Position numbers and translations under genes: made by a program. The notes under the pieces were generated by a model that saw only the letters and a list, made by a program, of their open reading frames with translations, was not told the origin of the DNA and ran no database searches. From a virus, in IMG/VR virus record IMGVR_UViG_3300002920_000054: a stretch of 64,000 bases of DNA; one strand, 5' to 3'. Of this stretch, positions 8,228 through 18,751 are shown piece after piece (position 1 is the first letter of the stretch; each line of letters begins with the position of its first letter).

Positions 8228-9634
8228 TTAGAATATATTGTCAATCAATACGTTCTTACGAGGTTGATAGCCTACAAGAGTTAAGAATCTGAAGTGAGCT
8301 TCAGGTACTGATAAATCAGAGATAGCAAGTTTCATTCTGCTGTAAGGAGCTAACTCTTTATAAGCCCAAGTATTAGCTTGAATTAGGTAGCCAGTTGTGA
8401 AACCAGCAGCCTTGTTACCTAAGTCAATGAAAGTAGTTGTTGGGTTTTTACTATTTTTTACTCTACCGATGAATTTAGCATTTGCAGCTGATGTTCCACG
8501 ATAAACATTGAAGTGAGTAGCGTTAATAGCAGCACCAGCTGTAATAGTAAGAGTTACATATGCACCAGCAGTTACTGTAATAGCAGATGAAGCAATTGGT
8601 GAGCTTTCCCCGATTTCATTTTCAGCAGTTACTACATAAACATAAGTACCAGCAGGAATGATTGCACCGCTACCACCTGAAGTTCCAGTAACGCTAGTAA
8701 TTGGAGATGGTGCACCAGCAATTAGTCTAGTGAATAATGTTCTACCTCTTAAGAAGTTGCTTGACTCAAGTTGAACTTCACCTTCAGTTACCCATTGTCT
8801 TCTTAAATCCGCACCTGATACATCTTGAGCTTTACCAGCAAGAATAATACGTTGAATGCTGTTAACACCAGTTCCAAGTGCAATTTGTTTGTTATAACCT
8901 GCTAAAGCTACAGGGTCAACATAGAGTGTATCTGCTTCACCGAAATTAAGTCTTGAACGAAGAGAAGCATCTTGAATAATAATTTGGTCAAGACTACCAT
9001 TTTTAGCAAGCACTACTGAAGTACTAGAACCATAAGCTGCAAACATTAAATCTTGAGTGCTTTGTAAAATATCAGATTGACGGATTTGAGCTCCTACACC
9101 GAGTATATTTGGTAACTCTGGCATAGCAAGTGGGTTACCATCAAACACACCGTTGTTAGAGAAATCATCTTTACCTCTAAATGAGTCAAACTCAATATCA
9201 CCTGCGATAACCATTGCAGTGTTTTCAGCTTCACGGTCTTCAGCTTTTACGCCGTCAATTGTATCAACCATGTTAGCAGCAACTGTAACACGAGTTTGTT
9301 TAGCGTAGAAGCACATAGGAACAACAGCTGATACATAGTCACCAACGTTTAAGTTTCCTATTGCACCTTCTCTAACAGCTGAACCGCCAAATTGACCATA
9401 GCTAAGTTGTCTTCTGAATTGTACGAGTAAAGATTTATGTGGCTCAACGTCAAATAATTTTTGCAACTTAATATGTTTACTTTCAAAAGTCACTTTCTGC
9501 ATTACAGGTTCAATTGGTATAATTTGTAATGCTCCGCCTTGTACCAATTGACCGGGAGCGACGTTGACATTGCCCGCTTCAAGTGTTTTCACAAGGTTTT
9601 GTAATACCTTATTTAGGTCGTTAACTGGGTTCAT
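8228..9634 (-). CDS. Major capsid protein, SPO1/Twort-like HK97 fold with an Ig-like insertion
   Basis: GGALQIIPIE..., IAGDIEFDSFRG, NFGEADTLY, YVYVVTAENEIGES...FNVYRG, ELAPYSRMKLA...PRKNVLIDNI parallel the Twort/K/A511-type capsid protein. Confidence 0.85.
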   Translation of the reverse strand: MNPVNDLNKVLQNLVKTLEAGNVNVAPGQLVQGGALQIIPIEPVMQKVTFESKHIKLQKLFDVEPHKSLLVQFRRQLSYGQFGGSAVREGAIGNLNVGDYVSAVVPMCFYAKQTRVTVAANMVDTIDGVKAEDREAENTAMVIAGDIEFDSFRGKDDFSNNGVFDGNPLAMPELPNILGVGAQIRQSDILQSTQDLMFAAYGSSTSVVLAKNGSLDQIIIQDASLRSRLNFGEADTLYVDPVALAGYNKQIALGTGVNSIQRIILAGKAQDVSGADLRRQWVTEGEVQLESSNFLRGRTLFTRLIAGAPSPITSVTGTSGGSGAIIPAGTYVYVVTAENEIGESSPIASSAITVTAGAYVTLTITAGAAINATHFNVYRGTSAANAKFIGRVKNSKNPTTTFIDLGNKAAGFTTGYLIQANTWAYKELAPYSRMKLAISDLSVPEAHFRFLTLVGYQPRKNVLIDNIF

Positions 9635-10467
9635 TATTGTTTTCCTCCTTTAGTTAATAAAATTTTTTCAGCTTCGTTTTTATTTATACCTTTTAAGAAA
9701 TACCCCATAATTACTGTATTTTCACTCTTACTGAACGAAGATGGTCCTAATTTTTTATACATTTGAGACATCTCTTCGTGAGTAAGAGATTTTTGCATAT
9801 CACTTGCTTCAGATTTAGCAATATACCCAAGTTCTGCAATTTGAGTTATTGCTTTTCTTTCTGGTTTAGCAAGTGTAGCAAATGCTTTTGTCAAAAGAGC
9901 TAATGTTTTAGTTTGCTCATTAAGTTGAGCTTTCAATAGAGCTATTTCTTTATCTTTTTGCGATTTTGATAAGTTAGAATTTTGATTCTCCGATTTCATA
10001 GCTGGAGCTTCAGGTGCTGGAGCTTCAGGTGCTGGAGCTTGTTCTTCTGAACCTTCTCCACCTTTAGATTGTAAGATTTCTCTTATAATCATAAAGTGTT
10101 TTTCTAACTCATCTATCGGCATTGCACTATAAACTTCACGAAGCTCATCATCACTAAGAGGTTGGTCCAAATTTTCTTCCATAGAGTTATCTTGAGGTTC
10201 TTCTTTTTGCTCTGGAGCTTGCATTTCTTGGTCATCTTGAGGTTCTTCTTTTTGCTCTGGAGCTTGCATTTCTTGACCTTTATTTTGCATAGCTTGTTCC
10301 ATCTCTTCTGCTAAAGCTTCTTCTTTTTGTTTTTCATCCATATCATCGTCCTCTTCTGCCTTCTTAATCGCATTATTTCCGCTAGTCATATCAGCAATTG
10401 TGCTTTCAATTGATGCGATAATGCTATCAAGGTCGGCATCAGTAATGTTAATTTTGTTATTATTCAT
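9634..10467 (-). CDS. Capsid scaffold-like acidic protein (277 aa)
   Basis: Immediately upstream of the capsid gene; E/Q/P-rich low complexity, coiled coil, many K-S/K-A motifs. Confidence 0.55.
   Translation of the reverse strand: MNNNKINITDADLDSIIASIESTIADMTSGNNAIKKAEEDDDMDEKQKEEALAEEMEQAMQNKGQEMQAPEQKEEPQDDQEMQAPEQKEEPQDNSMEENLDQPLSDDELREVYSAMPIDELEKHFMIIREILQSKGGEGSEEQAPAPEAPAPEAPAMKSENQNSNLSKSQKDKEIALLKAQLNEQTKTLALLTKAFATLAKPERKAITQIAELGYIAKSEASDMQKSLTHEEMSQMYKKLGPSSFSKSENTVIMGYFLKGINKNEAEKILLTKGGKQ
10001..10040. repeat. 15-bp tandem repeat (about 2.7 copies) encoding APAPEAPAPEAPA
   Basis: gctggagcttcaggt twice, plus gctggagctt. Confidence 0.85.
10189..10275. repeat. 42-bp perfect direct repeat with a 45-bp period, encoding QEMQAPEQKEEPQD twice
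   Basis: Copies at 10189-10230 and 10234-10275. Confidence 0.9.
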
Positions 10468-10491
10468 AATCCCATCTCCTTACCTAATTAA

Positions 10492-10908
10492 CTATTGAGA
10501 GAGAGTTAATCCATGAATTTCGTCAGATGGTATTGAAACAATTAAATTTGCACCAGTTAAATCAAAACTTGAAGGAAGTATAGCAATTTCATAAATTTCC
10601 AATTTCATTCCAAGTTTTGCGCAAGCAGCAACGACAATTTCTCTTAAAGCTAAATCGCTTGAAGTGGCGGCTCTTAAAATTTTACAAATATGAGGGCTAT
10701 ACACTCTTTGTGGTAAGCCAAGTCCATCTACACGACCAGCGTTGTCTGATACATCAATTTTAATAAAAATAGTTTCTGAACCTTTAACAAGTTTTAAGCT
10801 TTCCATTCCGTTGCTGTCAACGTTTTCTGAAATTGAAAGTCCTGATACTAACAAAGAAAGTCTTTGTTTTAATTCTCTTGCATGAGCTTGAGATTTAAAT
10901 TGAGCCAT
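10492..10908 (-). CDS. Hypothetical head protein (138 aa)
   Basis: ORF track; AAGGAG RBS; first gene of the scaffold-capsid unit. Confidence 0.75.
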   Translation of the reverse strand: MAQFKSQAHARELKQRLSLLVSGLSISENVDSNGMESLKLVKGSETIFIKIDVSDNAGRVDGLGLPQRVYSPHICKILRAATSSDLALREIVVAACAKLGMKLEIYEIAILPSSFDLTGANLIVSIPSDEIHGLTLSQ

Positions 10909-10969
10909 ATGTTTTTCTCCTTTTTTGTAAACGTTTAAAAAAAGTTTATAGGTTAATACCCACTATCAA

Positions 10970-10977
10970 AGGTTAGG
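10970..10977 (-). promoter_or_regulatory. Variant late promoter box CCTAACCT
   Basis: One mismatch to CCTAATCT, about 60 nt upstream of the 10908-scaffold-capsid genes. Confidence 0.4.
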
Positions 10978-11120
10978 ACAAGCAATTATGTTATATTATT
11001 GATTATAACAAAGAACAATGTAAATTATTGAAATTATTAAATAAAATGAAAAGACTAATAATATCAAACATTTAAGATTTAAAAAACCTAAATGCTAACT
11101 ATTTAATTTTAAAGGAAAAA

Positions 11121-11552
11121 TTAAAATTCTAAAAACAATCTTTCAGTGCAAATACGATTACTTGAAATTGCATTATTAGATTGTAAGATAATATAAGAAG
11201 TAGAGTCTAAAGATTTTTGTAAAGATGCTTCTGCAACCTTTAAACCTCTTTTTTTAGCCCAAGCAATTGCCGCTTTTTTGATTTTTTCGGAAACATTACT
11301 TCCAAAATCAAACCTCACTTCTCCATTTTCGTATTTAGAAAAAAGCACATCATGTTTTTTAAGTTGTGATTTATACAAATAATCTTCGAATGCAGTTAGA
11401 ACAATACGTTCTGCTTTACTTACACGCATTGGCGGTAAAATATCTTGATGAAATCTTTTGAGCCATTTTCTGAACCGATCAGCAAGTCTTGGCGGAAGTG
11501 CCTTTTCTAACTCATCAATAGATTTAAAAATCCTAACTTTTTTTGCTTTCAT
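11121..11552 (-). CDS. Hypothetical head-associated protein (143 aa)
   Basis: ORF track; IFKS, LEKA, VSKA, LYKS and LQKS motifs; CCTAATCT upstream. Confidence 0.7.
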   Translation of the reverse strand: MKAKKVRIFKSIDELEKALPPRLADRFRKWLKRFHQDILPPMRVSKAERIVLTAFEDYLYKSQLKKHDVLFSKYENGEVRFDFGSNVSEKIKKAAIAWAKKRGLKVAEASLQKSLDSTSYIILQSNNAISSNRICTERLFLEF

Positions 11553-11562
11553 AACATTTATA

Positions 11563-11570
11563 AGATTAGG
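11563..11570 (-). promoter_or_regulatory. Putative late promoter box CCTAATCT
   Basis: Exact motif 10 nt upstream of the 11552 start, with no clear RBS in between. Confidence 0.6.
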
Positions 11571-14500
11571 TTATTTACTTGACTTTAAGTCGTAAACCCA
11601 ACAATCACCTACTTGACCCATTTTCTGTTCAGCTATACGAGCAAAAAATGGGTCTGCAAATGGAGTTTCCATGTATGGTATTGGTTTAAAACCTAATGAT
11701 TTTGGATGGTCATGATAACGTTCAATTAACCATTTAGGGAAGTAATCCCGACTATAAAATGAGACATCATCTTTAGAATAAATTTCTCTATCAGGTACAT
11801 CGCCAATAGAAATAGTTGCCATAACTTCTGGAGAATACATATACAATTTTTCTACTCCATGATTGATAGCGTTTTGCTTAACAGCTTCAAATAATACATC
11901 ATGGATATTTTTAAATAAATTAGATATGTTTTGAGTATATTTTTCTAATTCATCTTTAGTGTACGACATTTGACCTAATTTAATAACATCTACTCTTTGC
12001 ATAATTGCTCTTAAATTTCGTTTCCACTTTTGCGCCACATCAGACTGTAAATCTTCTACAATCCATCCTTTATTGCCCGCAGAAGTATCAATTCTCACAA
12101 CCCCCATAGTAAATGGTAAGATAGGATGAGACCAAAGTTTATTACGTGGTCCACGATTATCAAATTTTATAATATTATGCGCAAGATTAAAGTATAAATT
12201 CCATAATTTTGGGTCTGCGCTCAATGTATCTTTAATTTGCTGTGAAACATTCACGTTAATTAGTAACTCATGATTTAAACGAGATGTATCATCAATGCCG
12301 CCGCCGTAGTATTTAAAATATCTTGGCCTATTTACAATGATTGGCCAATAACCGTAAGTAATAAAGTATTGTTGTTTTTGGGCTTGCTTATATTGATTAT
12401 CAATAGCTTTTACAAAATCTTCAGGATAAACTAAATTATTAGAACCTTTTGCCATAAATACAGACTTAATCGCATCAACTTGATTAAATTTTGGATTTTT
12501 TTGTTTTGCTTCTACCCACTTAATACCACTTGTTGGAATAAGAGACATAGCTTCTCTTAACTGCGAAATAGTTTTAGTGATTTTAGAATCTGGCATTTCT
12601 AAATTTCTAATTAACTTCTTTTCATCTACATTTGGTATTTTTTTGGTTTTTGCAATATAAGAAAATGAAGGTGCAGGCATATGACCAAAATCTGTAATTG
12701 GTCTTGGAATTGTAATGTTTGGTGTTGGTAAAACATTTGGTAAAGAATGTAAATAATCTAAACCCCAAGTTGGATTTAATAATGCTGGGTGAACATAACC
12801 GTATGGGTCAGTAACACCTGACGGTGTGTAATAAGAATATGGAACTTGATTTGCCAAGTAGTCAAATTGCTCTTTAGTCAAATTAGGGTTACGTATCAAA
12901 TCATAATACAAATCATGATAAGCAGAATTTTGACCAACAGGTATATTTCTAATGTAATTGCCAACTTTATCATATACTACCTTTAACGCATCAGTAGATA
13001 AAAATTGATTGTTTGCTAATTCTTTTAAAACTTGTTCTGCATCTGTTTTAGATAAAATTTTTTGTACTGCTTCTTTCGTTAAATTTTTGTTTTTAGATAA
13101 ACTCATTAAAGTATTTATATTCCAAGTCATTCCAAAAACTGACGGAGAATCTAATAATTGGTCTAACACAGTAGGCGATAAATTAGCATGCTCTAAAGCT
13201 GCGTTATAAAATTCATGCGCAACCGATTTATTTTTAAAAAATTGTCCTAAGTACTCAATGTTTGGTACTTGTTTTGATATATTTTTTGAGAATAAATTGA
13301 AAAAAGTATTATATTTCACTTCATCTGGAATTTGAGAATTAGTAAAAATACGGTCTATTAACCCTTTATCCATTAAAAACGATAAAGCATCAGATGTGCA
13401 ACGGTTAATGATTCTAGGTACGAGTTCTGCAATATCACTATCAACATCCTCCATTCCTAAAGTAGTTTCTGCTACCCACTTATCAATCTTTGGCATCATA
13501 GGCAAAAACACTACATTACTTGGAGAATAAATTAAATCATGCCAATTGTCTTTATCTTTTTCGTCTTCTAGAATACCATTTTTAAATAACGAACTTAAAA
13601 TTAAAGTTTTTTCGTTATCTAATGACTCTACAGCACCTAATTTAGGGTGTCTAGCATCAATTACACTAAAAATAGTCTTAACTAATTTACTAGGTATGCT
13701 AATAGAATTATTAAGCATTTTAGCAAAATTAGAAAATACGTTTTGTAATAAAGGCTCATCAATAGGTAAGCGTAATAACCTAGTTACAAACTGAGTTGCA
13801 TGATTTATAGCATTATAATAGCTTTCTTTCTTTGTTTCAGGTAGATTGATATTGTCGTTAATACCTGTATTTTCAAATAATTGAGCATAATTTTGTAATA
13901 GCGAAATACCTTCATCAAGTGGAATACTCTCAAAATCAAATTTTGTACTAATATCTTTTAGGAACTTATCAAATCTCATACTCACTTCATCGGCTAATAT
14001 GTGAGTATTGTACTTTAATAAATTATCGTTATTTTCGTTAGCATAAGTTTTTAAACGACTAATGACAGTTGCTAAATCATCACTTGCACTTGCTAACTGT
14101 AACATTCTATCTCTTAAATTATAATCCATTCTCGTATTTAAAGCGGCTCTATATAACAAGTTAGGCAATTCATCTTTTATGTCAGGCTCTTGAGAATTAA
14201 GAGCTCTATCAATTACGGTAGTTAAATTATCTGGGTCTAAGTGATTAGCATTATTCATTAAAAATTTTAATTTAAATCCTTTTTCTGAATTAGCAACTAC
14301 CTCTGGTTGATTTATAAATGCAGGAGATGGATTATCAATAGTAATTGGTAATGAATCTGGAAGGGATGTGTAAAGCTCAATTTGCTGATGAAGTGGGATT
14401 TTATCTTGAGTAATTAAATTTGCTATTAAATTCATTGCCTCAGTAGCAATAGGTTTAGATGTATCAACGGTATAGCTTCTAATAGTATTTAAAACAAAAT

Positions 14501-17500
14501 TAGCTTTTTCTGGGTCTTTATCAAAATCTAAATGATTAGTAAGTTGATTAAGAGCTTGGCGTTGTTCATTATAATTTAAATTTGGAACATCTAATTTATT
14601 TAATAATTTTGCTAAAAAGTTATAACTTAAAGTTGGAGTACTAAGTACTCTATTGATTAAGGCATCTTTTTGTAATTCAGATAAAGCGGGTAGCTTATTA
14701 AGAATCCTTAAAATATGAGATTCATTAGATTTAGTAGGTTTAGCTTTAAATACCGCAGTTGCAAATTCAAGATGCTGTTTACTAATCGCCCAAGACATTA
14801 GTCTATCTGCAAGTGAATCGCTCGCATTTACTTTTGCTTTTAAATCTTTTGGGTTAATAGAATAAATTAACGCACGCAAAGCTGTTTCTTTTTTATTATC
14901 ATCTACTTTCGATGATAAAACGTGGTCGATAAGTTTCTTTTGAAAAGTTGATTTTATATTTTCATCCCCAATTTTATTTACAAAATTTTCTACAAAATCA
15001 TCAAGTAAATGTGGTTGATTTTCTAAAAGATTACTAAACAATTTAATCGGAATAGCACCTTCTTCTAATTCTTGTTTTGTAAATAAATCAGGTGTAAAAT
15101 TTTTAATTAAATCAGGAGTTAATGATAAGTACTCGGTAGGGTGTATATTAGATAGTGTATCTTTGATAGCATCTTTTAAAGTATTTTTATCATCTTCTGT
15201 ATTAGAAGCATTATACGCAGATAATAAATGTACCAATTTATGAGTATCACTACCTTCTAAGTTAACCTGCGACGCATTATGAGCATCTAATAGCCCATTT
15301 TGATATAATTTATTAACTAAATTAGAATTGTTTTTAAATCTACCTAAATCTTCTAAAGTAATTTTGGCTTCTGGTTGATTTTTGATAGTTTCTGTATAAT
15401 GTTTCACATTTGGCTGTAAAAATGGGTCTTCTAAAGCGTTTTCTAATAAATAACTCCCAATACTTGCATAATCCTCACCTTTATTTTCGAATGCTTGTAA
15501 AAAGTTTCGAATACCTTCATTAAAAAATCCGTTTTCCATGAAATATAAATGAGCTAATTTATTTAAATTAGTAGGTTTATCTAAACTTAATAATTTATCA
15601 CTAATTTTATCTATGTTATAAATTTCTCTATTTCTATTGTGATAGTGCGCTAGTTCATGAAAAACCTTTGGACGCATTTCTATGTCGTGAATATTTTGAA
15701 CTTCATCATTTAAAAGTTGATGTGCTATATTAGCATAATAATCATTATTATTTGTACGCTTATTAAATAAATTAACTAATGCTAAACCTGTTTCATCATT
15801 AGAACGAATTAAATTTTTAATGGTATCAAAAGGTAATTTATTTTGTACAATATCAGGGTGGTGAGCGATAACTTGAGTAATATCATTTGGTGAAAGCTTA
15901 GAAATAGCTTCTTGCCATATATGCATTGGAGCTTTTGCAGACCTTGCTATCAAATTAAAAGCATTATCATTATTTAAGCTTAAAATTGTTTCAAACATTT
16001 TTTGTTGAGTTTCAGGATTTTCATGAAATACCGCTCTTTTATCTAACACGGTATTTTGACTTTTATCTAGAGTATCATATACAAAAGGCTTATAATCTTG
16101 GCTTAAAACTTGAGATGCCAATTCTTTAAACGCTTCATCTGCCAATTTAGGATGTGAAAATAGAAGATTTTTTAATTTTAAATTTGATTCATCTTCTGGT
16201 TTTTCTTTAATAGTATTGTATAAATCATTCACTAACTCTGCTGGTAAACTTGGTTTTTGTAAATCATGTTCAAGATAACTATCAATGTCAGTTAGGTTTA
16301 CTAACCGAGATTTGACTTTATCATAATGATTAGTCAATAAATTATAAATTGCCTTTTTAGGAGATGAATTGGAGACGTCGGCATGTTTTTCTAAATCACT
16401 CTGACTATCAAAAATATCATTTATATGCCTTAAAATTTTAGTGTCTAAATCTTGTTTTAAATGATTGAGTTGTTTTTTAGTTTCTTCGTCTGAAGCAACA
16501 CCTAACTCTTTTTGCGTTAACTGATTGATTTTAGAAAAACCATCTACTAAGTTAAATTTTGTATCCAAATAATCTTGTAATCCGTCTAAAGAAGTCGGTT
16601 TTGTAAATGAACTATAAGCTTTATGTAATACGTTTAATAAATCTAAATACTGTTTTTGAGTTTCTGGATTTTCGTATAAATTATTTAATAACAAATTATT
16701 TTGTTTATCACTAAAAATATGAGAGCCTCTAATGCTACCATTATGAACTAACTGAGATAGTAAGCCTAAGGCTTCGGTATCGTATAATTTTTTAAGTAAT
16801 AAGGAAGCAGAAAATTCTGGCTTAATATCAGCAGCCACTAACGCAGCGTGCTTAATCACTTCAGTATTTGCTTGAGGAGAATTAACTACATCATTTAAAA
16901 TATCTAATGCGTGTGGTTGTTTTGGGGATAAATCTCTTACTTTATTTATTATATCTTTTAAAATTGATGGATTAGTATGAGGCGAAGTTGCTACCTCTTT
17001 AAATACCGACAAGTCATCAGTATGTTTCTTTTTATCCCAAAAATCAACAATCAAATCCGCAGGCGTATTAGGGTTTTTAACTATATTATGATAACCTTTT
17101 TTGTATAACTCTCTAATTTCATCTGGTGTAATGCTAGGATTTGAAGCTAACGCTTCAGCCATTTTTTGATGCGATTGCGTATCCTTCGTTACTAACATTT
17201 TTTTAATAACACTTTTTTTAGTAGTTTCAGGTAAATTAGGATTAGACAAAGCGTGTAAAGCTTCGTTTGTAGCTTTTACATCATTTACCACTTTTGCCAA
17301 CAAAACAGGGTCGGCATTATGGTGTGTTAAGATATTTCGCATTACTTTTTGATGAGCCTCTTTATCTTTTACCTCAACTGAACTTAAATAATTATATAAA
17401 GTATTTAAATGCAAGTGCTGTAAAGTAGGCTGTTTACTTAAAGCATCTAAATAACTATATTGGTTAGGTAAATTATGAGCATTTTCAATCAAAATCTTAA

Positions 17501-18134
17501 CACGTTTTGTGTTAAAATCTTTATCCGCAGGATTAAATTTTTTAGTAGCAGAAAGACCATGCAAGGCAATGTCTTTTAAAGTATTTAAATGTTCTAAGGT
17601 GTTCTTATCTGTGTCAGCAGTTTGGTCTTTGACGTTTTCAATTTGTTTAGAAATATCATTATATAAATTTTCAAAGTATTCACCTGAAATATTATCTATA
17701 TTTTCTTTAACCGTATTGGTAAGAAATTGAGGTACTACCGAATAACTATTAAAAACTTGCGGGTTTTTAATAATTTTATCCAAAAAATCCGTAGTTTCAT
17801 CTGGGTGATTATTTATTTTTTGAAGCACAGAGTGTAATAAACCACTATTACTTGGTTGAGCTTCTAATTGCGAATGTTCATCTTGAATAATTTGTTTTTT
17901 AGTAAATGAAGCAGCTGAAGGGTGATTAAAAATTTTATTATTTAATAATAACTTGATATCTGTTGATAAAGGTAACTGATTGACTTTCTCATATACACTT
18001 TGCAAAACTTCAGAATCTGTATTAGGGTGAGAAAGTATCCTCTGTAACTGCGGTACAGCATCTATTTCATTATCTGGTAAACTTTTTACCTGTTCTTTTA
18101 AAATATCTGAATTAGATTTTTGAAGGTCTCTCAT
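11571..18134 (-). CDS. Giant (2187 aa) helical-repeat protein with LRV/HEAT-like NPN(T/L)P repeats and a C-terminal E-D-L-Q-S-D domain; probable internal virion protein
   Basis: Repeats ILSHPNTD, ALSNPNLP, ALASNPSITP, IVKNPNTP, LIRNPNLT; C-terminal GVVRIDT...GWIVEDLQSD; N-terminal LQKS. Confidence 0.6.
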   Translation of the reverse strand: MRDLQKSNSDILKEQVKSLPDNEIDAVPQLQRILSHPNTDSEVLQSVYEKVNQLPLSTDIKLLLNNKIFNHPSAASFTKKQIIQDEHSQLEAQPSNSGLLHSVLQKINNHPDETTDFLDKIIKNPQVFNSYSVVPQFLTNTVKENIDNISGEYFENLYNDISKQIENVKDQTADTDKNTLEHLNTLKDIALHGLSATKKFNPADKDFNTKRVKILIENAHNLPNQYSYLDALSKQPTLQHLHLNTLYNYLSSVEVKDKEAHQKVMRNILTHHNADPVLLAKVVNDVKATNEALHALSNPNLPETTKKSVIKKMLVTKDTQSHQKMAEALASNPSITPDEIRELYKKGYHNIVKNPNTPADLIVDFWDKKKHTDDLSVFKEVATSPHTNPSILKDIINKVRDLSPKQPHALDILNDVVNSPQANTEVIKHAALVAADIKPEFSASLLLKKLYDTEALGLLSQLVHNGSIRGSHIFSDKQNNLLLNNLYENPETQKQYLDLLNVLHKAYSSFTKPTSLDGLQDYLDTKFNLVDGFSKINQLTQKELGVASDEETKKQLNHLKQDLDTKILRHINDIFDSQSDLEKHADVSNSSPKKAIYNLLTNHYDKVKSRLVNLTDIDSYLEHDLQKPSLPAELVNDLYNTIKEKPEDESNLKLKNLLFSHPKLADEAFKELASQVLSQDYKPFVYDTLDKSQNTVLDKRAVFHENPETQQKMFETILSLNNDNAFNLIARSAKAPMHIWQEAISKLSPNDITQVIAHHPDIVQNKLPFDTIKNLIRSNDETGLALVNLFNKRTNNNDYYANIAHQLLNDEVQNIHDIEMRPKVFHELAHYHNRNREIYNIDKISDKLLSLDKPTNLNKLAHLYFMENGFFNEGIRNFLQAFENKGEDYASIGSYLLENALEDPFLQPNVKHYTETIKNQPEAKITLEDLGRFKNNSNLVNKLYQNGLLDAHNASQVNLEGSDTHKLVHLLSAYNASNTEDDKNTLKDAIKDTLSNIHPTEYLSLTPDLIKNFTPDLFTKQELEEGAIPIKLFSNLLENQPHLLDDFVENFVNKIGDENIKSTFQKKLIDHVLSSKVDDNKKETALRALIYSINPKDLKAKVNASDSLADRLMSWAISKQHLEFATAVFKAKPTKSNESHILRILNKLPALSELQKDALINRVLSTPTLSYNFLAKLLNKLDVPNLNYNEQRQALNQLTNHLDFDKDPEKANFVLNTIRSYTVDTSKPIATEAMNLIANLITQDKIPLHQQIELYTSLPDSLPITIDNPSPAFINQPEVVANSEKGFKLKFLMNNANHLDPDNLTTVIDRALNSQEPDIKDELPNLLYRAALNTRMDYNLRDRMLQLASASDDLATVISRLKTYANENNDNLLKYNTHILADEVSMRFDKFLKDISTKFDFESIPLDEGISLLQNYAQLFENTGINDNINLPETKKESYYNAINHATQFVTRLLRLPIDEPLLQNVFSNFAKMLNNSISIPSKLVKTIFSVIDARHPKLGAVESLDNEKTLILSSLFKNGILEDEKDKDNWHDLIYSPSNVVFLPMMPKIDKWVAETTLGMEDVDSDIAELVPRIINRCTSDALSFLMDKGLIDRIFTNSQIPDEVKYNTFFNLFSKNISKQVPNIEYLGQFFKNKSVAHEFYNAALEHANLSPTVLDQLLDSPSVFGMTWNINTLMSLSKNKNLTKEAVQKILSKTDAEQVLKELANNQFLSTDALKVVYDKVGNYIRNIPVGQNSAYHDLYYDLIRNPNLTKEQFDYLANQVPYSYYTPSGVTDPYGYVHPALLNPTWGLDYLHSLPNVLPTPNITIPRPITDFGHMPAPSFSYIAKTKKIPNVDEKKLIRNLEMPDSKITKTISQLREAMSLIPTSGIKWVEAKQKNPKFNQVDAIKSVFMAKGSNNLVYPEDFVKAIDNQYKQAQKQQYFITYGYWPIIVNRPRYFKYYGGGIDDTSRLNHELLINVNVSQQIKDTLSADPKLWNLYFNLAHNIIKFDNRGPRNKLWSHPILPFTMGVVRIDTSAGNKGWIVEDLQSDVAQKWKRNLRAIMQRVDVIKLGQMSYTKDELEKYTQNISNLFKNIHDVLFEAVKQNAINHGVEKLYMYSPEVMATISIGDVPDREIYSKDDVSFYSRDYFPKWLIERYHDHPKSLGFKPIPYMETPFADPFFARIAEQKMGQVGDCWVYDLKSSK

Positions 18135-18751
18135 TGCTTCTTATCTCCGTACTTAAAGAGATATAACATTTTTTTAACAAAATCTGGGTCTTCAGCATCT
18201 GAATAATCTTGGGATTCAATATTGTAATCATAGTTAGCATTACTCATTTTATCTAACCTATCTTGATTGCGTACATATTCTAGCATATATTTTAAATAAG
18301 TCGGATTTAAACGTGGCTTCTGTCTAATTTCTGTATTAGTAGTAGAATTTTCTTGAACTTGTTTTAATGCAACTGATATTGGTAAACTACTACCATCTTG
18401 GCTAGCTACTTGTAATTGATTGGTTGCTAGTAAATTTAGAAGCTGTTGTTTTTCTATATCACTTAAAAGTGTACCATTTACAAACATCGTTTTTAAATCA
18501 TTAGTTACTTCTACTACATCACCATTATTTAATAAATATCGAATAATACTATAATTTTTTAAGTCATCTTTTTGTAATTCTAAATGAGAAGATTGATTTA
18601 TAAAATTTTGTAATTTAGAAAAATCATCTCCTGCTTTTTTAGGTAACTCACCTTTAGTATTATCTAAAATAAACTGAACTCTTTTACCGTCAGTACGAAT
18701 TTTTGCTACTATTACTTTAGATTCGGTTGATTTAATTATGTACGTTTCCAT
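18131..18751 (-). CDS. Hypothetical protein (206 aa)
   Basis: ORF track; overlaps both neighbours in the operon. Confidence 0.7.
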   Translation of the reverse strand: METYIIKSTESKVIVAKIRTDGKRVQFILDNTKGELPKKAGDDFSKLQNFINQSSHLELQKDDLKNYSIIRYLLNNGDVVEVTNDLKTMFVNGTLLSDIEKQQLLNLLATNQLQVASQDGSSLPISVALKQVQENSTTNTEIRQKPRLNPTYLKYMLEYVRNQDRLDKMSNANYDYNIESQDYSDAEDPDFVKKMLYLFKYGDKKQ

